Part shown: positions 50,301-59,472 of the stretch, in pieces | How the letters are laid out: the number at the start of each line of letters is the position of its first letter | Position numbering within the stretch: the stretch's first letter is position 1 | Origin: Schizosaccharomyces osmophilus | Lineage: Eukaryota | Assembly (NCBI RefSeq): GCF_027921745.1 | Contig: NC_079238.1 | Location: 2,294,001 to 2,358,000 of the forward strand | Direction: 5' to 3' | DNA length: 64,000 bases | Notes under the pieces: generated by a model | The model's input: the letters and a program-made list of their open reading frames with translations, nothing else | The model's database searches: none | What the model was told of the DNA's origin: nothing | Program-made: the position numbers and the translations under genes

Positions 50301-51375
50301 AAACAGGCTTTTCTTGTTGCTGTCTATCCCTTACTTTAGTAGTCAAAGTATCACGAATCACTAAAAGAATGCTCTGTAAATACGGGATCATAGCTTCATT
50401 GACAGCCATTGCGATTCTTCCAATGGCTTCAAAAGCGAGCGGTTTCTCTTTGTCTTTTCGGATTTGGGATAGCAGATAAACCATGAAAGGATCTAAATAT
50501 TTCAGTTGAAATTTACCGGGATTATACTCTGCCAACGTAGATAGTAGCAGTAAAATTGAACGGCGTATAGTTCCATCGCGGTGTTCGCGTAAGCGGAGAA
50601 CCAAATCGCAGAATGCAACATAGTGTTCACGGATAAAAGAACCGGATTTTTCAAAAAGTTCTTTATAGGCGAGCAAACTTCCATGTAAATATTCCACACT
50701 GGATTGCCGCAGTCCAAATTCGGCTTGCAATAGTACTTTGCTGAAACACTGTAATTGGACTTTGGCCTCACGCTGGCAGACAACATCCAGACAAGCTCCT
50801 AAAGCATCTGCAGCGGTTTCCCGGATTAAAGGTTTGGGATCACGAAGGGTTATCCATAGATTTTGGAAAATTTCACTAATATACAAATATACTAAAGTTG
50901 GTGAGTTTTGAGCCAAAGACTTTAGAATTAATACAGACGCCATCCGTTTCTGTTCTTGTCGATCCCCTTGAAGCCATTCAAATGCACGTTGGACTTCGAA
51001 TTCGACAAGTTCGGCTGCCAATGTGCCACCTAAAGCAGCGAGCTGCCCAAATACTTTTGCGGAAAGTTCCATGGAGCGAAAATCCGTACTTGGAAGCGTC
51101 ATACGCAAATAGTTTGCATACCGCGACAAGTTTGTGATATCTCCATCGCTTTCAAATTCAATTAGTTTCCCAATTGCAAGGATACCACCAAATCGCTCAT
51201 GAATATCATGACTGTGTATAAGTTCAAAAATCCTTCGATTAATTTCGTTATTAAACCGAGCCAGTGATTCTCCTGAAAGTTCTTTTGTGGAACTATGCAC
51301 AAAGTCCTTTAAATTCTCGGCCGCCGTAACCTGAACGCTCTCATTTTTACTTAGTAGATCAGCAAAACACTCCAT
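44374..51375 (-). CDS. tor1: TOR kinase (TORC2 catalytic subunit)
   Basis: HEAT, FAT, FRB (LWHELWYEGLEEAS), kinase (LKGHEDLRQDER, GLGDRHPSN), FATC (YVGWCSFW); intronless; first ATG 51375; synteny with SPBC30D10.10c. Confidence 0.95.
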   Translation of the reverse strand: MECFADLLSKNESVQVTAAENLKDFVHSSTKELSGESLARFNNEINRRIFELIHSHDIHERFGGILAIGKLIEFESDGDITNLSRYANYLRMTLPSTDFRSMELSAKVFGQLAALGGTLAAELVEFEVQRAFEWLQGDRQEQKRMASVLILKSLAQNSPTLVYLYISEIFQNLWITLRDPKPLIRETAADALGACLDVVCQREAKVQLQCFSKVLLQAEFGLRQSSVEYLHGSLLAYKELFEKSGSFIREHYVAFCDLVLRLREHRDGTIRRSILLLLSTLAEYNPGKFQLKYLDPFMVYLLSQIRKDKEKPLAFEAIGRIAMAVNEAMIPYLQSILLVIRDTLTTKVRDRQQQEKPVFICIGMLAAAVKLELLEDSRSLLGLIFSCELSLHLRQALVKMAENIPPLLAPVQERLLNMVSQILTGKNFEIRNNDTYTPSFTNLYSARETNQHCKNVEPIILALETLGTFNFTGYSLISFIQESVLSYLDNDNPEVRIAAARTCCQVFARDPVCRKTTPLAIESVAEVLEKLLTLGIADSDPRIRETVLSLLDERFDRHLAHPDNIRCLFIALNDEVFSIREIAIVIIGRLALYNPAHVMPSLRKTIIQLLSDLEYSGNSRQKEESAQLLKLLVSKARMLIKPYIESIMHVILPKGSDPSPGVSSAIIAALGELASVEGDDIPTDVRSSFMKLILFSLQDQSSTLKRLASLKCLRQLCGASGYVIQPYMDYPFLLNILIEILQSEQPTPIKREVLRTLGVLGALDPYTYLATEQFSDKLQKSQSTHQSVFSNLPCTQYDSLENYAMVAVVTLVQILKDSSLAMHHTSVVQAVMHICSQLKFKSVAFLPQLVPTFLQLMTNLSPSSVELYFQQLTNLTSIVGPKIKDYISEIFNLSKVFWNTSPSLLLVIIDLIDSIAVALGDEFKFYLPQILSHMLKSFSSDTSPTRVISYKFLQSFVIFGSNIEEYMHLVLPVIIRSFERDSVPLQFRKSALKCISQLLQLVNFSDHASRIIHPLVRMLTKSNSELKIVIMDTLCAVVSQLGYDYAVFIPMINKVLVHHKITHPTYDLLVSKLLKGESLPKDLIANEFQQISSLKFELEDPPLTKLPVDQSSLKASWEASQKLTRDDWQDWIRRLSVELLKESPSSALRACSSLAGIYHPLSRDLFNVSFLSCWDELGASNKKSLVKSVETALNAPNISVEISQILLNLAEYMEREDHALPISIEALSAHASKANVYAKALHYTELQFMEETKEDVSIGTIESLITINNHLQQSDAAVGMLQYAKQHKQFNLKETWYEKLQRWDDALAAYETREAEGEHSFEISFGKLRCYFALGDWDHLSHLAQETWVVSEQEHREAIAPLAAAAAWGLGQWGLISEYVSAMDREPQEKEFFSAIHAVHRCQYEKAYLHIERHRDILVNDLSSIIRGSYNRAYGIMVKSQMLSELEEIIDYKKNESFEGNLDSLKKTWKKRLRGCQKNVDVWHNTLRFRALVFSPTHSPEMWIELANLCRRSDRLKLAGKCLNYLMGRDPSKPYPMDSLKSINPHVVYTYLKFLWANNNKEVAVASLEEFTSFLYSRNKTNRAMPFMDSGELSNDYEVSDEQSFLARCFHKQGKWKKVLQRSMLKESVTEILSSYYNATICDKNWYKAWHSWALVNFEVVGYYEQSDAGIGREMYPQYIVPAIRGFFKSSALSPKNSLQDILRLLNLWFKFGEHKGVAAAITEGFSNVPMDTWLEVIPQLIARIHTSSTSVRSSVHQLLSDIGRVHPQALVYSLTVSSKSTNIQQKQSAKSIMDSMLSHSDVLVRQALLVSHELIRVAILWHELWYEGLEEASQAYFTDHNTSLMIEIITPLHEILEKGPSTLSEVSFAQSFGYDLRRAKNCWKKYLKSDDSTELNQSWDIYYQVFRRIQRQLPKIKHLELQYVSPKLLDASDLELAVPGTYGHNKPVIKIAHFHRKFEVISSKQRPRRFTIRGSDGKDYQYALKGHEDLRQDERVMQLFGLCNTLLTTDSETFKRRLSIERYPVIPLSPNSGLLGWVPHSDTLHSLIRDFRAKRHLMLNHEHRMMLQMAPAYDSLTLLQKLEVFEFVLANTDGHDLYHLLWLRSPNSEAWLDRRISFTQSLALMSMVGYILGLGDRHPSNLMMDRYTGKIIHIDFADCFEVAMHRDKFPEHIPFRLTRMLINAMEVSGIQGTYTITCEHVLRVLRSNTESLMAVLEAFVYDPLINWRLMTKGSFGVTTTLKAGSSSVEEKSRSFVHRIRHLDYINEDKNNESENLNERSIQVLKRVSNKLTGKDFHLTEELPVKTQVERLIQQATAPENLCRCYVGWCSFW

Positions 51376-51744
51376 CAATCAATTTCAAGTTGAGTTAACC
51401 ATGTAGATATCTATTGAAATGCGATTCAATATTTCTTCAAACACAGCGCGCATTCAAGTCGTACAACTTTAGAACTTTTTATCGTGATCAAATAGAATAT
51501 TTAAAAATATCATTTGCAAATAAACAATGCTTATGTTCAATTATTTGCTTACACAAACAGGCCCTGTATTTATGTGGAATGATAGAGGAGTTATCCTATT
51601 CCTTCTGAACACCCCAAGAAATTCGTGAGTGAGTGAGTTGATGAACATTACATATTATAGTGAAGTTCCTTATGTTACTTAGATGACCCGTTAGACTTCA
51701 TTATGTTGGATGGTCTATGGACCTTGAAGAGACGTAACCTTTCA

Positions 51745-51761
51745 GTAAACATTTGTAAACA
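51745..51761 (+). promoter_or_regulatory. Tandem forkhead/FLEX boxes
   Basis: GTAAACA at 51745-51751 and 51755-51761, 10 bp apart. Confidence 0.55.
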
Positions 51762-51935
51762 ATCTGTTTGTCGATGAAAAGTAGAACCATACTTTTCTAA
51801 AGCAGTGGGAACATATTTTTTTGTAGAAACTAACGTTAGAAAGCTTTTAAAGGAGTTTGTTAGACTCTCTACTGCAATTCACGAAGTTCAAAAACCAAAA
51901 ACGAAAGCGTTGTCTTAAAGTACAATGCTCTAGAT

Positions 51936-52211
51936 ATGCGTCGTGTTTTTATATATGTTATTATATTTTTGTTTGGATTTATTACAGCACGATTAGCTTT
52001 AATTGGGGAATTGTATAACTGCTTAAAGTACATATTAACATTGGATAGCCATCCCACAAGACTCATCTTTTACGTTTCGATATTCAGCTTTATTGGGATT
52101 TTCTTTTGGATTCCTCTGAATAGAATTGCAGAGTTTGAAGCACGGAATCCTTCTTTGGCTAGCGGTGGTATATCAGCCAGAGAACAGTTACTGAGACGAG
52201 GAAGCTTTTAA
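51936..52211 (+). CDS. Hypothetical 91-aa protein with two predicted transmembrane segments
   Basis: ATG-initiated ORF; hydrophobic runs at about aa 4-23 and 43-60; hydrophilic tail ending RRGSF; no family recognised. Confidence 0.55.
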   Translation: MRRVFIYVIIFLFGFITARLALIGELYNCLKYILTLDSHPTRLIFYVSIFSFIGIFFWIPLNRIAEFEARNPSLASGGISAREQLLRRGSF

Positions 52212-52345
52212 GTTAAGTCTTAAGGAAGAGCAAGTATAAGCAAGGAATCTTTTTCGCAACTATCTGCCTTTATTATCTGGAATCTGCAAAACGAAAGAAA
52301 CGTGTAACTCTTAGTTTGTTAAATAAGGTTATCCATTAGTTCATA

Positions 52346-54286
52346 ATGTCGAGGATACATACTCCCATATCCGTTTCTTCCACTCGGTGTAATCCAGTTT
52401 TGCGTGTATATTGGCCAAAAAACCAAATTCAGCACGTAGACTCTGGATATTTGGTGGGTTGGTCTTACTCACCATTTGATCTTGTAGTCGTGACCATTGT
52501 CAAAAATCCATCTCGGTTTGATGATTTTCTGCAAACCAAGCAATCTTCTTTTTATGAAGTTGAAAGTCTGGGAATTTTCGGAACACTGAATTTACCCTAC
52601 AGTTCTTATGAGCATAAACACCAGGATAATTGGCTTAATATCCGTTTACGAACTCAATTTTCTCACCCTCAAATATACAGAGTTAATGATTCCGATTTGT
52701 CCCTAAATTTACATGTGATCTACTACGTCCCTCCTCAACCCAAGAGAATGCAGTTTTTGTCTCTTGAACCTCTCTCCCTTTTGTTATTAAAGGATTCTGT
52801 CTTTGATCATTCAAGTCTTGAATATAAAAAAGATCAGCACTTACAAAACCTACTACACAAATTGGACTTACACTTCCCCCGTCGTCCTGAAAATACTTGG
52901 TACAGAAGTCTTCGCAGTGACTTGGTTGAGCTTTTAAACCAGTCTTTTGAAGTCCATGTATTATTGCGGGAGTATCCAAACCGGAAAAATAGTATGCTAA
53001 TCAAAAGTTCAAAACGTTATTTCTTATGCTTTTTAAACCTTCTTCACCCTATTGTCTTAATTTTTATAATGTTTTTGAGAGTTTTAAATGAGTTTATTTT
53101 ACACGTTATTAATTACCGTATACATCCCGCATTTCCAAATATGAGGGATATATTCGTTTCTGCAAGGCAGGTGGATTTGCGTCTCCAGCAAGCATGTTTT
53201 TGGCCTGTGCAGTACATGAAACTTTGGATGCTTCGAAAAAGCAAGCATGTTATTATGAAGGATTATAAAGAGTATATACGTCTGTATAATAATCTATGGC
53301 TTGTCGCTAATGATATAATCTTCGGGATTACCATGTGTTCTTTTATCTTGGAAAATCTTCCTTTAGTTGTTAATTTGCTCGACAAGGTTCTGTTCAAATT
53401 TGCAATAGAAGACGTCCGAGTTATGGTAACCTGGCTAATAGACACACCTGCCGGGTTAAAACTGAATAACGACATATGTAAATTTATTGTGAAGTTGTCC
53501 GTATGGATTATTGACGTTTGGTATACAGTACTGTTGTCTTTCAGGCAGTATATACCATGGTTCGTTCGGACAATTGCATTTTCTGGTTTCTGTGGTGCCA
53601 GTTTGATGATAGCTTTGATGTCTGATTTTTTGACCATCATGACTATTCATTTGTATGTCCTTTACTTGGCCGCTGCACGTTTATATAACTGGCAATTAAG
53701 GATCATATACAGTTTACTACAACTATTTCGAGGAAAAAAAAGAAATGTCTTACGAAATAGAATTGATTCTTACGAGTATGACTTAGATCAACTGCTTTTG
53801 GGGACAATTTTGTTTACAGTACTAATTTTTTTCTTACCTACAATTTACGTTTTTTACATTGCGTTTGCTGTAACTCGCATTACAGTCATGACATGTTTGG
53901 CGATATTTGAAACGATACTTGCTTTTTTAAATCACTTTCCCTTGTTTGTCACAATGCTTCGAATTAAAGATCCATACAGAATTCCCAGTGGACTGAATTT
54001 AGAGATTGTAAACTCTGAATCTTCAAAAGAGAACACCATGGCTACTTTATACCTTTTCTGTGAATCAAAGCCCATGTCTTTTGGGTCTATGTTTGACCAT
54101 TATCGAAAATTAGCAAGACGACTCATTTCACATTACCTTTCGCAAACAACTTTAATCAGTTTATTGGTTGGTTGTCCTATTCCGCCCATCCCAGCTGAGC
54201 AACTGTACAATATTCAATATGCAATGCTTCCGCATCCACGGATCTCGGTAAAAAAGTTATGGAATCTATTCTTCGAAATTAAGTAG
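52346..54286 (+). CDS. gpi1: GPI-GlcNAc transferase subunit Gpi1 (PIG-Q)
   Basis: PAGLKLN, LFRGKKRNVLRNRIDSYEYDLDQLLLGTILFT, multiple TM segments. Confidence 0.94.
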   Translation: MSRIHTPISVSSTRCNPVLRVYWPKNQIQHVDSGYLVGWSYSPFDLVVVTIVKNPSRFDDFLQTKQSSFYEVESLGIFGTLNLPYSSYEHKHQDNWLNIRLRTQFSHPQIYRVNDSDLSLNLHVIYYVPPQPKRMQFLSLEPLSLLLLKDSVFDHSSLEYKKDQHLQNLLHKLDLHFPRRPENTWYRSLRSDLVELLNQSFEVHVLLREYPNRKNSMLIKSSKRYFLCFLNLLHPIVLIFIMFLRVLNEFILHVINYRIHPAFPNMRDIFVSARQVDLRLQQACFWPVQYMKLWMLRKSKHVIMKDYKEYIRLYNNLWLVANDIIFGITMCSFILENLPLVVNLLDKVLFKFAIEDVRVMVTWLIDTPAGLKLNNDICKFIVKLSVWIIDVWYTVLLSFRQYIPWFVRTIAFSGFCGASLMIALMSDFLTIMTIHLYVLYLAAARLYNWQLRIIYSLLQLFRGKKRNVLRNRIDSYEYDLDQLLLGTILFTVLIFFLPTIYVFYIAFAVTRITVMTCLAIFETILAFLNHFPLFVTMLRIKDPYRIPSGLNLEIVNSESSKENTMATLYLFCESKPMSFGSMFDHYRKLARRLISHYLSQTTLISLLVGCPIPPIPAEQLYNIQYAMLPHPRISVKKLWNLFFEIK

Positions 54287-54538
54287 GGCTCTTAATAATA
54301 GATATTTGATGATACGAACTTATGATACCTTGAGCATTTACGCTTACATACATGGAACACCTGGGTAAAATATAAGCTATGCATATTTTCATTAATGTTG
54401 GGTAATACATTTGACTTTATACAAAGACCATTAAATGAGGAAAATTAAATCATTGATAAAAGTAGCTTGATATTTTAGAGGAGAAAGAATGGCATGCTAT
54501 TTTTCTCGAATCGACAAGAGACTGAGTAGGAGACAGGA

Positions 54539-54865
54539 CTATTTGCTTCCACGCTTAACGGGTCCTTTTCCTTTACGTACTTTTCTACATATTATTAGTT
54601 TTCAATCAGGATTTTTTTGAAATTAAACTTACTCTTCAAGTATCTCCATTCTCAAGGTATGTTGACTGTTTGGTATAGGCAACCCAATGATCTCTCTCAT
54701 TTTCGAAACGGGAACCTTCGAAGGATAGTAACTTGCCAGACGAGGACCTTGTAATTTTCTTTGAAGAAATTTATGTCCTGTCCGAGAGTTATTAGATTTA
54801 TAATTCGTCTGGAAAATCTTTGCAGAGACCTGCTTTATTTCCTCGAGAATTTCTCTTTTTATCAT
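54539..54865 (-). CDS. rsm27: Mitochondrial small ribosomal subunit protein mS33
   Basis: SAKIF...RTGHKFLQRKLQGPRLASYYP; intron 54585-54632; last exon KVRKGKGPVKRGSK. Confidence 0.88.
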
Positions 54866-55628
54866 TTTCTTATAAATAAAAAAGTAAAAAATGCAACAAA
54901 ATGTGTGCTTAGCTATACCGAACGCTAGAAAGAGAAGGGATGGGAGTAAGACGACAACACTCTTCGAAAACTGCCTTTTGGAAGCTTATTGTCGGATAGT
55001 AAAAGAAATTACAACGTCAGGTTTTAATTTTAAGTAAATTGGATGGGTATTATTAATCAAAAATGTTTAATGACCAGGACATCAGAATAGAGGGTTTAAG
55101 GAAGATGAATAATTATGGGCATGAATTGAAGGAAGAGCATACCATTACGTGAATTCAAGCAGGTCTTTCTGATAATAAAAACGAATAACAAAAAAAAAAG
55201 AAAAAAAAAAAAAAAAAGTATAAACATATACCTTTTCTATTGCATCAACTAAAATATAAGAGACGAGTTACGAAAGAGGATCATAAAATAAAGCAGTAAA
55301 ACCTATCAGGCATACTACCAAATTTTATTAACTATATATAAATTATAAAGTAGGGAAAAAAGGGAAGGGGTAAAGGAATGAAAAGGAAGCACCCACAAAT
55401 TCCCAAATTATTGCAACCGCAACAGCCACGAGGAGATATCTAGGCTTAAAAAAAGAAATCAACATATTAAGCATTGAAAAAACAGCAAGTAGTTGTAAAA
55501 TCATTCAAAAGAATTTTCTTTATCTTCCTAACGTGATGAAGAGTTGTACAATATAGCTAATGAAAACCAAGAACGGGTTAGGACGTAACCACACGATAAC
55601 CAGAAGGGATAAAAGAACGCTACATTAT

Positions 55629-56732
55629 TTAATTCTTAATATATAGAGATTTTTCAGCGGCGGCAACAAGAACGTCTGCGTTGGGGAGAGTTGCAGCTTC
55701 AATAAAAGTACTGTAAGGCATAGGAACGTCAGCCATAGCCACACGTTCAACAGGAGAATCCAAATAATCAAAGGCTGAGGATTCCATAAGCTGAGCAGCG
55801 ATTTCGCTACCAAGACCATGTTGGCTGTAGGCCTGGTCAATGGTAACGACACGGTTGGTCTTCTTGGCACTTTCAACAATTGTGTCCATATCAATAGGGC
55901 GAATACTACGCAAGTTGATGACTTCGGCCTCAACACCGTGCTTCTCCTTCAAGATGTCGGCGGCTTCAAGGGCGGTTGTGACAGAGAGGGATTCACCGAC
56001 GATAGTAATGTCTTTACCAGGGCGTTCAACCTTAGCAAGACCGAAGGGAATAAGGAAGTCCTCGCTCAAAGCTTCTTCGGAAATAGGGAAGCTCTTTCCG
56101 TAAAGAAGTTCGTTTTCAAGAACCACAACAGGGTTGGGATCACGAATGGCAGCCTTTAACATACCACGAGCGTCTTCGGCAGTATAAGGAGAGATAACCT
56201 TGAGGCCGGGGATAGAACCGTACCAAGGACCAAAATGTTGAGAATGTTGAGCAGCTACGGCAGCAGCAGGACCATTAGGACCACGGAAAACAATGGGACA
56301 AGCCTGTTTACCACCAGACATGTAATTGGTTCTAGCAGCAGAGTTGACAATATGGTCAATAGCTTGCATGGAAAAATTGAAAGTCATGAATTCACAAATG
56401 GGACGCAAGCCTGCAAAGGCAGCACCGGTAGACAAACCGGTGAAACCCATTTCGGTAATGGGAGTATCAATGACACGTTTGGGACCAAACTTATCAAGCA
56501 ACCCACGAGAAACTTTGTAAGCACCATTGTATTGACCAACTTCTTCACCCATTAAGAAAACGCGCTCATCACGTCTCATTTCCTCTTCCATAGCGCTGTT
56601 CAAAGCGTCACGGACGGTCATTTCTTTCACGCCAGAGCTTGACGAAGAATAGCGCTTCATGAGGGCATTTCCGATGCATTTTGTCGATGAGGTCTTTCCA
56701 AGCATAGCCCGGACTTGTTGAATTCGCATCAT
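55629..56732 (-). CDS. pdb1: Pyruvate dehydrogenase E1 beta subunit
   Basis: [42 protein letters not shown]; mitochondrial presequence. Confidence 0.96.
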   Translation of the reverse strand: MMRIQQVRAMLGKTSSTKCIGNALMKRYSSSSSGVKEMTVRDALNSAMEEEMRRDERVFLMGEEVGQYNGAYKVSRGLLDKFGPKRVIDTPITEMGFTGLSTGAAFAGLRPICEFMTFNFSMQAIDHIVNSAARTNYMSGGKQACPIVFRGPNGPAAAVAAQHSQHFGPWYGSIPGLKVISPYTAEDARGMLKAAIRDPNPVVVLENELLYGKSFPISEEALSEDFLIPFGLAKVERPGKDITIVGESLSVTTALEAADILKEKHGVEAEVINLRSIRPIDMDTIVESAKKTNRVVTIDQAYSQHGLGSEIAAQLMESSAFDYLDSPVERVAMADVPMPYSTFIEAATLPNADVLVAAAEKSLYIKN

Positions 56733-58007
56733 ATTTCTATAAATGAAAAAACTGAAAAAAAGAGACAAACAAACGAATGTCTTGCTCCCAAAAGGTTTGC
56801 TGTTGGTAAGTTTCTGTGGATCGTCTCAGTAACCAAAGGATGTGAGGAGTAGTAAGGACAATTACCTCGATATTGTGAAAAGTTGGTCGTTGTGGATTCT
56901 TATATCCAAATTTTGCTATATCGAGGAATAAGGTGAATTCACTGTGTATGTAAAAGAAGGAAAATATATTTGTTGAAATTCGAAGTAGAATGGTATCGGT
57001 AATTATATCTTGAAGAAAAAACTTTCTATAGTTTCTATCATCTACTTTGTGACCAGCACGATGACGGCGAACCCCAGTGAATCCAAAAGAGCCAGAAGGA
57101 AAAAGGATCTCTTTTTGACAAAAAACAGAAACGAAAAGTGATAATGAAAATGAAAAGATTGGATGGGAATTGGTATTCTACCAAATTCCTAAAAGTACTG
57201 CTCCTTGGAGAAACCTCTTGACGCAAACATACAAGAGAACAGAATCAGAAAGACAGAGAGCCAAGATGTATGGATGGGTGCAGAGTGAAAAGCGCCGAAA
57301 GGATGATACTCAACCATTCTCATTTACAAAAGATATTGCGAAACGGAAGGATTTCTTGCAAGCATTCTTCTCACACAGGCTTACGCACCCGGAGCGATTG
57401 AAGGCTCCATATGCTTGTCGGATAGATTGCAGAAAACTAATCACGATAAACAGTTTGACATAATGTCTTGTTATATTGATGCTCAGTACCAGTCAACAAG
57501 TCAAATATCCTCCAACATACAGTTGCGATTGCACGTTTTTGAAGTCAAAACAAATGAAACAGATCAAAGCCGATCGGAATCCTTGGAAAAGAAAAGAAGC
57601 TCCAGGCTTTCATTTGATTCCCTACCTTCCTTTTCCAATGCCAACACGTTTGTTTATCAATGCATCGCATTCAATTGCTCTTAATGCGTACCTATGGAGA
57701 ACCAAATTCCTGTTGTTTTATGTAGACAGAATCCAAGAAATTAAAACTATCTGTATTGATTTCTGGTTATTTCTTATTGCTGGAAATGTCTATTTTCCTT
57801 ATATTCAAACCTCGATAGCATGGATGTGTAACGTTCAAAACCTCTATAAGATGTATACTAAATTGTCTGAGCAACAAATCTTCGAAAAAAAATTTCACAC
57901 AACGAACTTTTTATGAAGAAAAAAATAAAAAAAAAAAAAAAAAAGTTTCATTTTCTTCCATGAGATAAAATAATCCATCGTCTTTCCACATAATCATTTG
58001 CGAGGTG

Positions 58008-58031
58008 GTCTCCGCGGAGAGTCTCCTCGGA
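58008..58031. promoter_or_regulatory. Zn2Cys6-type palindrome TCTCCGCGGAGA plus adjacent variant copy
   Basis: 12-bp palindrome 58009-58020 followed by TCTCCTCGGA 58022-58031. Confidence 0.45.
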
Positions 58032-58156
58032 TTCTTGAGAATGTTACCTGACAGAACATTGTCCTTTTCCTATATTTACCAGGACCCAGGATGACCTAAA
58101 CACCACCATTACCGCATTTGCTAAGTTTTGGAATTTTCACGTAAAAAAACTACACA

Positions 58157-58906
58157 ATGACTTCCTGCTGTCCTACCAACCTTGGTCCCGTCGCTGCTAG
58201 CGGATCGTACAAGTTTCAAGGCAAAGAAGTCGATTTTGGAGGAGCAAACACCTATGTCGTTGGTTGCCCTTCAAATAAAAAGGTCATTGTCGGTGTGCTG
58301 GACGTTTATGGTCTTTCAGAGCAAATTAAGATTGGTGCCGATAAGTTAGCCCAATCTGGCTTCACTGTTTACTTGCCAGACTTCCTTGACGGTTCTTATT
58401 TACCTACAAACGCTTTTTCTGTAAACACTCCCGAGATTAAAAAGCTTCGCAACGATTTTATCTCGAACCGTCTCCCAGCTCATCTTCACTTCTCCAGATT
58501 GGAAAAGGTTTTGAATACTATCAAGAGCATTCATGGTAACGATGTCCAAATTGGTGCCTATGGCCTTTGCTGGGGTGCCAAGCTTGTAGTTACCTATCCC
58601 AACACTTCAGAATTCGTTGGTATCGCTTGTCCTCACCCTTCATTCCCTGATCCCGCTGATGCCAATAATGTTCATGTACCTGTTCTCTTCTTGGCTTCTA
58701 AGGATGAAGATGCCAATGTCATAAGTGCTTGGGAAGAAGAATTCAAGAAGAATCCTGCTCATAAGCAATCTGCTTTCCACACTTATCATGACATGCATCA
58801 TGGTTTTATGGCTACTGTTGCTGACCTTTCGAACGACAACAACAGAAAGTGTTTCTATGAGGGCTATGATAAGATTGGTACTTTCTTCCAATCTTTGATG
58901 AAGTAA
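58157..58906 (+). CDS. Dienelactone hydrolase family protein
   Basis: DVYG, GLCWG nucleophile elbow, HHGF; N-terminal CCP. Confidence 0.9.
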   Translation: MTSCCPTNLGPVAASGSYKFQGKEVDFGGANTYVVGCPSNKKVIVGVLDVYGLSEQIKIGADKLAQSGFTVYLPDFLDGSYLPTNAFSVNTPEIKKLRNDFISNRLPAHLHFSRLEKVLNTIKSIHGNDVQIGAYGLCWGAKLVVTYPNTSEFVGIACPHPSFPDPADANNVHVPVLFLASKDEDANVISAWEEEFKKNPAHKQSAFHTYHDMHHGFMATVADLSNDNNRKCFYEGYDKIGTFFQSLMK

Positions 58907-59472
58907 ATTTTGTTTTCGGAAGCATCACCCTTTCACGCTATCTTGATGTTTCGTGACAGATTTAATGAATTCTTTTTACTCGTAGCACAAAAATTGTCTG
59001 ATGAATGATTGAAGACCTTATAAAACCATCAAAAACATGAGGTCCATCAAAAGAATACTAACCAGCTCACAAATTCAAATATGCTTTTTGTTTTCGTAAG
59101 TTCAATTCGTTTCCATGATTGTTGCTTATTGAGCTCAGTATGGTCACTGAATAGAAGATAGAGTAAGGACCAACGAATGGCTTTCCCGTAGTGCTTTTAG
59201 ACACAAAAGCTTGAAACATCTCGATTCTAACTAATTCTCGGAACACACCTTTGTACACTACATAGCATCGATTGCAAGCACTGGCTGTTACTGCTATAGC
59301 GTGGTTAAACAATTTTGTAATCTTATAATAAATGCAACTGTCCTCTTTTCTTTAGCTCTTTATTGTTGCCAAGTGTGATTTATAAAATATATCTGATCTC
59401 CATTGTCTGCTCGGCATATATTCTCTTTACCCTTTGCAAACATCGCAAAAAGGTAGTACACAAAGGCGTCCG

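Noticed and set aside
14665..51375. Co-location of TOR-pathway genes ppk21, lam2 and tor1 as a functional cluster
   Set aside because: Separated by many unrelated genes; explained by conserved synteny
55180..55220. Long A tracts between pdb1 and rsm27
   Set aside because: Common terminator or nucleosome-excluding tracts; no target-site duplication or element body
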